This document shows, in pieces, positions 27,353 through 36,500 of a stretch of DNA of 64,000 nt. This stretch comes from Candidatus Versatilivorator sp. (lineage in GTDB: Bacteria; Acidobacteriota; Terriglobia; Versatilivoradales; Versatilivoraceae), in the NCBI GenBank assembly GCA_965207735.1, contig OZ242296.1, forward strand, positions 2,624,001-2,688,000, in the 5' to 3' direction. The translations under genes were made by a program, and so were the position numbers. The notes under the pieces were generated by a model. It had not been told where the DNA came from and did not search any database. It saw nothing but the letters and a program-made list of their open reading frames with translations. Every line of letters begins with the position of its first letter. The first letter of the stretch is position 1.

Positions 27353-30300
27353 CTATCGTCCTTGCTCTAGCTCCAATTGCTGCCGCCGTTGCTTGGAAAC
27401 CGGATTACGCTGGTTCGAAACCATGGGTGAATCCTTCACATTATCACCCCCGACAATCTTCTTAAGTCTATCGGATTCTGCAAGCTCTCGCTTCGTTTTC
27501 CCTCCGCGCACTTCCTTCACCGTGACTTGGGTGCCCTCGGGGAGCGTTCCTGACCTCATATGCTGCTGAAGTCGTTTCTGAGGATTGCCGGATTGGCCGA
27601 CATATTTTTTGCCAGTATCGTCAACGAATTCGTAAATTCCCTCCTTGACCGGGACGGTCATCTTGCCCTTACCGCTGGCCGCGCGAACAACGGCAGTACC
27701 TTTGTCAACCCGGTTGACCGCCCGTGCCACTCCACCCGCTGCCCGCGAGGCCCTGATGGCGGTGGCTGCCCCACCCGGCACTCCCGGTATGGCGGTAGCA
27801 GCTACATCCACAACCACCCCGGCAAGATCGACGGCGGCGGCTTTGTAATTTCCTTCTGCGATGTTGACGGCAGCGGATGCCAGTCCGATGGTGACGTTGA
27901 AAACATCCCAGGGAGATTCAAGGACGTTGCCGGTCCTGTCGACGTACTTGAGGGGGCTGTTCCGGGTGTAGGTGTAGAGATTCCAGCTCTGGGGATCGGC
28001 TGCGCCCTGATCGGCGAAGGGGGCATCGGCGGACGTAAACCGTCCTCCTGCCCCGCTAAAGTAGCGTGCCCCGAAGTAATCGAGCCCGGACTCGTTATCC
28101 CTTTCCTTGCCGGTAAACTTCTGGGCGGGTCCGTCGGCGCGGGAGGCGGTGTAGCCCGTGACCCCCGTGGCCTGGCCCCGATTCCCCAGGCCGGCGCCGA
28201 TCTCCTCCCCGAAGGGCAGGTAGTCGTGGCGGGAGAGGACCGACTGGTCCTCCCCGGTCACGACGCGGGTGCTGCCGAGATGATCGGGGGTGAGGTAGCG
28301 GGTCCCCGGCCGGTCCGGAGCCGTCCCCCCGAACTCGGCCACCAGTTGCCCCAGGACGTTATAGACGTAGGTGGTGGTGACCCCGCCTGAGCCCCCGACC
28401 ACCTTGCGGACCCTCCGGCCCTCTCCGTCATAGGCGTAGGCGGTGTCGCTGTCGGTGCCGGTGGGGTGGTCGAAGGCCACCAGGCGGTTGTCCCCGTCGT
28501 ATTTGAAGGTGTTGGCGGCCCAGTCGGCCTTGAGGTTGCCGGCAGCGTCGTAGGCGACGGTGTTGACTCCCTTGGTGCCTGCCAGCCGGTTGGTCCCAGC
28601 GGCGATGTCGGCCGTCGACTGGGGCGTCAGCGCCTGGTTCGATCCGTGGGAGGCCCCGGCCGTCACCCTCCGGTTGCCGTAGCGGTCGTAGGCGTAGGTC
28701 TGCGACCAAGCGGCGCCGCTGCCGCTTTCGGCGGCCGAGCTCAATCGATTCAGCGCGTCGTAGGTGTAGGCCTGGTTTTGATTCAGCGACGTTCCCACCC
28801 GGATCCGCTGGCTCAGGACGTTGCCGTTGTTCGAACTGGTGCCGTAGGAGTAGTCGAGCAGCAACAGGCCCGAGCCGGCCGGGGTCAGGCCGCCCGTGGC
28901 CTTGGTTGACCCCAGGCCGATTTGGGTCGGCTGCAGGCGGACGTTATAGCGCCGCTGCTCCCACAGCCCGTTGCCCAGAAGCAGCTGCTTCACCCCGCCG
29001 TGGGGCTCATAGCCGACGGCGTTATCCCCCCTCCCCCCGGCATACCAGCCGTCGGCACCCGTCTTGGCTCCCGCTATCCGCCCCGCCCCGTCGTAGACGT
29101 AGTCCACCACCCGGTCGGAGGGGTAGCGCTGCGAGGTCAGGTTCCCCGCACGGTCGTAGGCGTAGGCCATGGTGTAGGGAGGGTTCCCCCCGGTCCTCTG
29201 GGTGCTCTCCAGCACCCGCCCCAGCGCGTCGTAGCGGTTGTAGGCCGTCCGGGTGACGTCTGTCGTGCCCTTCTTCGCCGTCACCGAGCACAGCCGCCCT
29301 CGGGAGTAGCTGCCGCAGCTGTCATAGGCGTAGTCGACCCGGGTGGTCCCGAGGCTTACGGCAGTGTCGCTCCCCGTGTAGCTGTAGCTGCGCCGGGTCA
29401 GACGGTCCAGGCGGTCGTAGGTGTAGGCGGTCACCACCCCGCGGGCGTCGGTCCTTTGCGTCAGGTTGCCGTTGTTGTCGTAGGTGTAGGCGACGGTCCC
29501 GCTTTCGGGATTGGCGGCCGAGGTCAGGCGCGAGAGGCTGTCGTAGGCGAAGGTCCGGGTCTGGCTGCCCTGGGTGACCCCGGTCAGGTTGTCGAGGGCG
29601 TTGTAGGTGTAGGAGGTCCCCTGGTTGGGCGAGCCGACTGTGCCCAGGGCGGGGGGTGAGCCGGTGGGCTCATCCACCCGCACCAGGCGGCCGAGCCCGT
29701 CCAGACGGCTGCGGCGCGTCTTGCCGGCCGGGTCGGTCACGGTGGTGTATTCCCCGTCGTAGGCGGTCGCGGTCTTGCCCAGGGTGGGGGCGGCGCCGGC
29801 CGAGGGCTTGGCGGCCCCGCTGAAGCGGCCTACCTCCACCACCCGACCCAGATTATCCAGCCTGGTCCGGGTCCATCCCGACTTGGTCGTCCCCCGGTAG
29901 GGGTTCGAGGTGGTGGTGGTGCTCGAGGTCCCCGACCTCAGGTAGTGGGTCGCCACCTTGATGCCGGCCGTCTCCGAGTCGTAGGACGAGCAGTGGGCGT
30001 TGCGGTCAGACCCGGCCGGAAGCGGCGGCGCGTCTCCCTCGTAGCCGCGGACCAGCCTCACCCTTCCCAGCCCGTCGTAGTCGGTCACCGTCACCAGCTT
30101 CCCGTCCCCCTTGGCTCCCAGGTCGGATCGCACGATCATCCGCCGCTTCTCGTCGCAGTGCCAGCTTTGGGTCCGCCGCTCCTCGCTCTTCCCCGAGGAC
30201 TCCTTCACCAGGATGGCCCGGCCCACGTCGTCCAGCCCGGTCAGGGTCGCCACGCCGTTGTCCACGTCGGTGGATGAGGTCACCTGACCGGTGTGGAAGT

Positions 30301-32689
30301 CGTAGCCGTAGGTCATCGTCCGCGACACCCCGGTGCCGGAGGCCTCCACCACCCGGGTCGGGTAGAGCTGCGAGATCGACGGCGAGCCGCTGCCGGCGAT
30401 GGCCCCGTAGGTCCAGCGCGTCACCGTCCCCCGCCCGTCGGTGGTCGAGGTCCGGTTGCCGTGGCTGTCGTAGGCGTGCGAGAGGGTGAAGGAGTTGGCC
30501 GAGGTCAGCGTCCCCGACACCACCCCCGAAGCATTGGACTTGCCGATCTTCTCCCCCGTCAGGTTCCCCCGGGTGTCGTAGCTGAACTCCCGCCGCGACC
30601 GCTTCGTTCCCCCGCCTTCCCGGACCTCGGTCGAGGCCTTCAGCGTGAGCCGGCGGGCCGAGTCGGGATCGTAGTAGGCGTCGTCGTCCGAGGTGGCGGT
30701 GTCGGTGGCTGCCGGGGTCGCCGACCGGTAGGCGTGGGCGGTGGTGCGCCGCTTGCTCCCGCGGCTCCGGGTCGGGTTGCCGCTCGCATCGTGCACGGCG
30801 GTGTAGTCGACCCAGTCGTACTCCTCCACCCGGGTCAGGTTCCCGTTCTTGTCGTAGGCGTAGTCGGTGACCGCCGTCTTGTCGGTCGTCCCCTGCTCGG
30901 TCCGGTACTCCGACTTCACGTAGGGGTTGGCCTGAAGGATCGAGGCCCGCGTGATTCCAGGCGACCCGATGGATGGGATGTTGTAGGCCCACTCCCGCTC
31001 CATCACCCTGGAGAGCTTCGAGTCCAGGCAGTTCGGCCCCCCCAAGGGAATGGTGGCCTCCTCGCAGTACTCGACCTTCGCCAGCAGGCCCCCGAAGGCG
31101 GCGTTGCGGCCGTAGGTCTCCCGCCTCTTCCCCCCTCCCGGGGTGGTGATGACGGCCTGGAGGTTGGGCGCGATCCGGTAGTCCCAGCTCTCGGTCTGCC
31201 TGGCGCTGCCGAAGCCGGTCGGGTAGCTGACGCTCTTGGCCGTGATGGCGTTTTCCGCCGCCGCCTGCGCGTTGTGCAGCGCCGAGGCCGACTCCATGTC
31301 GGCGTAGTCCTGCACATAGGTGTAGGTGGCCTTGGCTCCCCAGGGCATGGTTGCGGTGCGCAACTCCCCCAGCCCCCGCGAATGGGGCGCGTAGGGGGCG
31401 CCTGAAGGGTTGCTCTCGGCGCCGTTATAGGTGAACCGGTAGTCGAGACCCCCCACTTGGGAGGGCAGCACGATGCGGGCCACCATCCGCAGGTCGCCGG
31501 CAATGAAGCCCACCGTGTCCTCGCTGTTGGTCGTCGAGGTGGCGGTGCCCGCCTCGTTGTGCTGGATCCTCCGGATCGGGTAGGTGCGGTTGACGCTCGT
31601 TTCCCCCCACTCCACCGTCCAGGTCAGATCCTCGCCCCCGGCCCCCTTTCCGGTGATGGTCTGGCGGTTCGGATCCGGCCGCTGATTCTCCCCCGGCTCG
31701 ATCCGGATCGTCCGCCCCGCCTCGTCCCGGATCAGATCGTAGGGAGCGTCGTCGTTGTCCAGCAGCCGGCTGACGGTCACCGCGCCGGCGTCGCTGTCGT
31801 TGGGGTCCAGGAAGCGGTTGGCCATCAGCCCCACCCCCTTCACCTGACGCCCGTCGGGAAAGGTCAGCGTCCAGGGGTTGTCCTGCCACTGATAGACGTC
31901 GAGCAGGGTCGCCGAACTGCCGGTTTCGAAGTCCAGCCGCAGGTAGGTCCCGTCGGTGCTGTAGTAGCTCACCGTGCTGTTGGCCGCCGGGGCCGTCCAT
32001 CCCGTGATCCCGGCCATGCAGTGGCCACGGTCCTTCATCTTCCAGCCCGTGGGCAGGATCCGGAAGTAGCCGTCTCCGTAGCGGTCGTCCTCCCCCACCG
32101 GACGGAACACGTGCACGCTCCCGTCGGGAAACACCATCCGCACCTGGTAGCGGTACCAGTGCTTTCCGATGAAGTCGTCACCCCCGCCCGGCGTCAGCGG
32201 CAGCCCGTCGCAGTAGTTCGGATAACGCCCCCGGCGGTGCTGGTTGCGGTCCTGCACGTCCAGCCGGTAGTCGTAGTTGTAGCGCCACCCCGGACTTCCG
32301 AAGGCCTCCCCCACCCGCTGCACCTCCCGGTAATAGGGGTCTCCCGGCAGCGTCCGCTCCGAGTTCCACTCGTGCTGCACCAGGAAGTCCCGCAGGTTGC
32401 TGTTGTAGTTGAGCGTGAGCTCGAAGCCCGGATTGCCCCCGCGCCCCGGCGGCAAAGACGCCAGCGGCACCACCAGCGTCACGTTGCCGTTCTTGGCGTT
32501 GACCGTCTCGATCTCGGAAAACTGGTAGGACCCGGTCGGCACAAAGCCCCGCTCACCGGCTTCCTTGCCCGCCGTCTTGCCCTGCCCCCACAGCCCCGGG
32601 GCCAACACACACAGCCACCCCAGCCCCGCCGCCGCTGCCGCCAGCCCTCGCCTCGACCCCGTTCTCATGCCCACTGTCCTCCTCCTCAT
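27353..32689 (-). CDS. Signal-peptide Rhs/YD-repeat polymorphic toxin with C-terminal GIY-YIG nuclease
   Basis: Sec-like N-terminus; many YD repeats; core FTGKERDNESGLDYFGARY...WNLYTYTRNSPLKYVDRTG; tip EGIYEF...YVGQSGNPQKRLQQH...RELAE...SN. Confidence 0.93.
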   Translation of the reverse strand: MRRRTVGMRTGSRRGLAAAAAGLGWLCVLAPGLWGQGKTAGKEAGERGFVPTGSYQFSEIETVNAKNGNVTLVVPLASLPPGRGGNPGFELTLNYNSNLRDFLVQHEWNSERTLPGDPYYREVQRVGEAFGSPGWRYNYDYRLDVQDRNQHRRGRYPNYCDGLPLTPGGGDDFIGKHWYRYQVRMVFPDGSVHVFRPVGEDDRYGDGYFRILPTGWKMKDRGHCMAGITGWTAPAANSTVSYYSTDGTYLRLDFETGSSATLLDVYQWQDNPWTLTFPDGRQVKGVGLMANRFLDPNDSDAGAVTVSRLLDNDDAPYDLIRDEAGRTIRIEPGENQRPDPNRQTITGKGAGGEDLTWTVEWGETSVNRTYPIRRIQHNEAGTATSTTNSEDTVGFIAGDLRMVARIVLPSQVGGLDYRFTYNGAESNPSGAPYAPHSRGLGELRTATMPWGAKATYTYVQDYADMESASALHNAQAAAENAITAKSVSYPTGFGSARQTESWDYRIAPNLQAVITTPGGGKRRETYGRNAAFGGLLAKVEYCEEATIPLGGPNCLDSKLSRVMEREWAYNIPSIGSPGITRASILQANPYVKSEYRTEQGTTDKTAVTDYAYDKNGNLTRVEEYDWVDYTAVHDASGNPTRSRGSKRRTTAHAYRSATPAATDTATSDDDAYYDPDSARRLTLKASTEVREGGGTKRSRREFSYDTRGNLTGEKIGKSNASGVVSGTLTSANSFTLSHAYDSHGNRTSTTDGRGTVTRWTYGAIAGSGSPSISQLYPTRVVEASGTGVSRTMTYGYDFHTGQVTSSTDVDNGVATLTGLDDVGRAILVKESSGKSEERRTQSWHCDEKRRMIVRSDLGAKGDGKLVTVTDYDGLGRVRLVRGYEGDAPPLPAGSDRNAHCSSYDSETAGIKVATHYLRSGTSSTTTTSNPYRGTTKSGWTRTRLDNLGRVVEVGRFSGAAKPSAGAAPTLGKTATAYDGEYTTVTDPAGKTRRSRLDGLGRLVRVDEPTGSPPALGTVGSPNQGTSYTYNALDNLTGVTQGSQTRTFAYDSLSRLTSAANPESGTVAYTYDNNGNLTQRTDARGVVTAYTYDRLDRLTRRSYSYTGSDTAVSLGTTRVDYAYDSCGSYSRGRLCSVTAKKGTTDVTRTAYNRYDALGRVLESTQRTGGNPPYTMAYAYDRAGNLTSQRYPSDRVVDYVYDGAGRIAGAKTGADGWYAGGRGDNAVGYEPHGGVKQLLLGNGLWEQRRYNVRLQPTQIGLGSTKATGGLTPAGSGLLLLDYSYGTSSNNGNVLSQRIRVGTSLNQNQAYTYDALNRLSSAAESGSGAAWSQTYAYDRYGNRRVTAGASHGSNQALTPQSTADIAAGTNRLAGTKGVNTVAYDAAGNLKADWAANTFKYDGDNRLVAFDHPTGTDSDTAYAYDGEGRRVRKVVGGSGGVTTTYVYNVLGQLVAEFGGTAPDRPGTRYLTPDHLGSTRVVTGEDQSVLSRHDYLPFGEEIGAGLGNRGQATGVTGYTASRADGPAQKFTGKERDNESGLDYFGARYFSGAGGRFTSADAPFADQGAADPQSWNLYTYTRNSPLKYVDRTGNVLESPWDVFNVTIGLASAAVNIAEGNYKAAAVDLAGVVVDVAATAIPGVPGGAATAIRASRAAGGVARAVNRVDKGTAVVRAASGKGKMTVPVKEGIYEFVDDTGKKYVGQSGNPQKRLQQHMRSGTLPEGTQVTVKEVRGGKTKRELAESDRLKKIVGGDNVKDSPMVSNQRNPVSKQRRQQLELEQGR

Positions 32690-32691
32690 GG

Positions 32692-33483
32692 CTATGGCAG
32701 GCTGAACTTGCCGTCCTCGGCCGCCGCCGCTATCCCCGCCTCCCGGATCTCGAGCTTCACCACCTCGACACCGTTCTCAAAGCGCACCATCTTCCCCGGG
32801 ATCAGCTGCCCGTAGACCTCTCCCCAGTCGCTGATTTCCACCGACACCTTCACCTCGCCCCGAACCCGCTCCGGACTCAGCCGGTAGCGCACCCGCTCCA
32901 GCAGCGCCGTGTCCGAGTTGAAGTAATAGAGCTTCCGCTGCCGCAGGGGACGCCCCACCACCCGCACCTCGTTGATCACCTCGTAGAGGTCGTAGTCCGG
33001 ACCCACCCGGTTGCCCGAATCGTCCACCCGGTGGTAGCGGCTCCCCAGAAGCCGCGTCGCAAACCCTTCGAGCTGACCGATGAAGAACCCCTCCACCGAG
33101 TCGTAGACCAGCATCTCGATCAGGTCCTCATCGGCCAGAACCGCCGTCCCCCGCTTCTTCCTCAGGTTCCCCGCCCCGTCGTAGACCAGCAGCTCGTCCT
33201 TGTTCGGGTCCGGCTCCTCCCCCAGCCGCTTCTCCAGGCGCACCTTCCCCGGAAACTCCCACAGGATCCGCACCCCCACCGGGCTCTGACCCGCCCGCGT
33301 CAGCACCCCCAACAGGTCCAGCCGCTCCTTGCCTTCGACCTGCAGCCGGTCCCCCATGATCTCGAGCACCCTGCCGGCCCCGTAGGGCACATCCTGCGGC
33401 CCCACGTATCCCTGCCCCGCTCCCGGCCAGGGCAGACCCAGCAGGCCCCAGACAACCGCCATCCCAACCGCTATCCTCTTCAT
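32692..33483 (-). CDS. Secreted beta-rich protein, possibly LolA-like; co-transcribed with rhs
   Basis: GGAGG RBS then MKRIAVGMAVVWGLLGLPWPGAG signal; PGKVRLE, KLYYFNSDTALL and DWGEVYGQLIP recall LolA-like/DUF620-type proteins; stop 2 nt from the rhs ATG. Confidence 0.6.
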   Translation of the reverse strand: MKRIAVGMAVVWGLLGLPWPGAGQGYVGPQDVPYGAGRVLEIMGDRLQVEGKERLDLLGVLTRAGQSPVGVRILWEFPGKVRLEKRLGEEPDPNKDELLVYDGAGNLRKKRGTAVLADEDLIEMLVYDSVEGFFIGQLEGFATRLLGSRYHRVDDSGNRVGPDYDLYEVINEVRVVGRPLRQRKLYYFNSDTALLERVRYRLSPERVRGEVKVSVEISDWGEVYGQLIPGKMVRFENGVEVVKLEIREAGIAAAAEDGKFSLP

Positions 33484-33506
33484 CCCTTTCCTCCCTTCCG
33501 CTCTCC

Positions 33507-36500
33507 CTACGGGTCCGGCGTCGACTCCTCTTCCTCTTCGTCTTCCTCCGGACAGTCCTTCGGGTCCTCGCACTCCTCCTCCGGGTCCCGCCGCACCGGG
33601 TCCCCCGTCACCGTGAAGTCCACCCCCGTGCTGGTCAGACCGTTGGCCGTCACCGTCACCGATACCGTCCCCCGGCCCAGGTGCCTCGGCACCAGTGCGT
33701 CGATCGAGGTGTTGCTCCAGCTTTCGATCTCCGCCGAGCTCCCCCCGAAGCTCACCGTATCCTCGGTCGTCCCGAAGTTCGACCCCGAGATCGTTACCTG
33801 AGAGTCCGGGACCCCCTGACTCGGCAGGATGCCGCTGATCGACGGCGCCGGTGGCGCCGGCTGGCCGGTGACCGTCACCGAGTCCAGCCGGGCTCCCAGG
33901 ATGCGGTTCTCGTAGTCGTAGAGATAGAAGACGTAGCTGTGGGCCGGCGACTGCTGGATCCAGGAGGGCGAGGAGCTGCCCGTCCGCCCGCTGCTGGCAT
34001 GAACCCGCTCTGCCTGCCCATTGTGGGAAGTTCGGACAAGCAGTCCCGTGGTGCCGGTGGCGCTCCAGCGGACGGTGGTCGTGCAGGTGGTCGCCGACGC
34101 TGCAATGGTGCAGGGGTTGGGCGAGGCGCTGATGGTGCCGGGCGGCCTGGCGTCGACCGTCACCGTCTCGCTGTCGCCGGCGTCGCTCCAGGCCGGGTTG
34201 GAGGCCGTGATCGTATAGTCATGGCTGCCCTGAACGGGCGTCAGGTCGCGGCTCCCGCTGGAATTGCCCGATACGGTGCCGATGCCGCTGATACCGGTGA
34301 TGACCGTGGTCTCGGCATTGGTGCTCGACCAGGTCACCGTCACCGGCTGACCCTGGTTGATGCTGGTCCGGTTGGCGCTGATCGCGGCCGTCGGCTCGTC
34401 CCAGGCCGTCACAGTGACGGTGCAGCTCGCGGCATAATTTCCGGTCCAGGCCGGATTGCTGGCAGTCAGCGTAAAGGTGTGGGCGCCTTTCGTGCTCAGC
34501 CTCACTGTATGGGGACTGGTGACGGATCCCGAGGTGCCGGTCACGATCACCGTTTGAGCGTTGGTCGCCGTCCAGGTCAACCTAGAAGTGCCGCCGGTCC
34601 TGACGTCGGTGGGATTGGCCGAGCAGGAGCTAATGGTCGGCCGCGCCCAGACCGTCACCGTGACGGTTTTTGTGACTTTCTTGTTGCCGGTGTCGGTGCT
34701 GCAATTGCTCGCGCAGGCCATCAGCGTGTAGGTATGGGAGCCTGTCGTGCTCGGCCGCACATCCTGGGCGCCATCCACGGGCACCGAGGAACCGTTGATC
34801 GTCACCTGTTCGGCGTTACTCGTCTGCCACGCCAGCGTAGAGTGGCTGTTGGTCGCAATGTGCTCCGGATCGGACGTGAAGGAATCGATCCTCGGCAGGG
34901 CCATCGTCGTCACCGTGAAGGTGCCGATGGTTCTCGCCTCCCGGGCGACGGTGACCACCACGCTCTTGTTACCGGTCGTGGCGTTCTGCGGCACCGTGAA
35001 CACGATCCGGGTGTCGCTCCAGCTGGTCGGCGTCACCGCCGCTCCCCCGAAGGTCAGCGTCGAAATTCCCTGCCTCGCCCCGAAGCGCGACCCCATGACC
35101 GTCACCGAGGTCCCCACCTGTCCCGAGGCGGGACTTAGCGAGAGCGCCCGGTCGCCGGTGACTAAGACCGAGCACAGTTGACTGCCCCGCCTTCCGCCGG
35201 AGTGGTCATGGACGGCGAACTCGTGGCGAAAGCGCGGCGCCGGCTCGATGGTGGCGTTCTGGTTGCCCGAGGTGGAATCGGTGGTCGTGAAGGCCGTCAG
35301 CGTCCCGCCGAGGTATCCGAAGGGGGTCCGCTCCTGCCGCTTGGTCCAGACCCGAACGGCGGTCGTGTTCATCGATGTCCAGGTGAGGGTGGACGTGCAG
35401 GTGCTCCGGCCCTTGGCAATGATGCAGGGGTTCGGAGCGGCAGTGATGGTGCATCGTACCGTCCCCACCGGGGGAACCGTCCCCACCGTGAAGGTGCCTA
35501 TGGTCCTGGCCGTCCCGCCGACGGTGACCACCACCTCTCCGGTGGTCGCCTCTGCCGGCACCTCGACCACGATCCGGGTGTCGCTCCAGCTGGTGTAGGT
35601 CGTGACCGGGGTCCCGTTGAAGGTCACCGTGGACGCGTTCGGGCCCGTCCCGCGGGAGTCCCCGAAGGCCGACCCCATGATGGTCACCACCGTCCCCACC
35701 GGTCCCGAGTCGGGACTCAGCGAGAGCGCCTTGACGCCCTTGACCGTGACGGTGGCCAGTTGGCGGCCCCTCCTGCGGGTGGAGGTAATATACTCATACA
35801 GATAGAAGGGGGAATCGGTCAGATCGATCCCGGTGAAGACGCGGTTGCCGTCGGGGCTGCCGCTTCGGACCACGATCTCGTTGATCGAGGACGTCGAGCC
35901 CTCCTGCGGCCTGATGCGCCGCACCTGAACGGCCGTGGTGTCGGTCGAGGTCCAACTCAGGGTGGTCGAGCAGGTGGTCTGCCCCGCCGCGATGGTGCAG
36001 GGATTGGGGCTGGCCGTCAGGGTGCCCTTGGGCATGCGGGTCGGGTTGCGGTCACGGATCACCACCGAGACGTCCGGGATCTCGATCCCCTGGTAGCGGC
36101 TGTCGGTGCTGGTGGCCGCATGGGTGATGACCTCGGTCTCTCCCACCGTGTCGTCGTCCCGACCGACCGAGACGGTGATCCATTGGGGAGAGTCCCAGTT
36201 CGAGGCAGTGAAGGTCACCCGGGCGGGGTTGACCGTCACGTCGGCCGTATTGTCCGAGCCCCGGCTGACCGAAAGCGCGATCGCCACGTTGGCCGTCGGC
36301 GCCGCGCCCAGCTCCAGCGTATAGGCCCCTGTGTGCCCCTCGGTGAGCCGCAAGCTGTTGGTCAAGGCCGGCACCCCCGGCGTGTCGGGGTCGTCGTCGT
36401 CGTCGATGGTCACCACCACGCTGACCTCTCCCACGGCTCCGCCCTGGCTGATCGCCGCCAGCCGGCCGCCCAGGTAGACGTACTCCCGGGTGGGGGCCGG

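Noticed and set aside
24300-29170. Diversity-generating retroelement (template/variable repeat pair) in the Rhs duplication
   Set aside because: Differences are not adenine-specific, include indels, and no reverse transcriptase is encoded.
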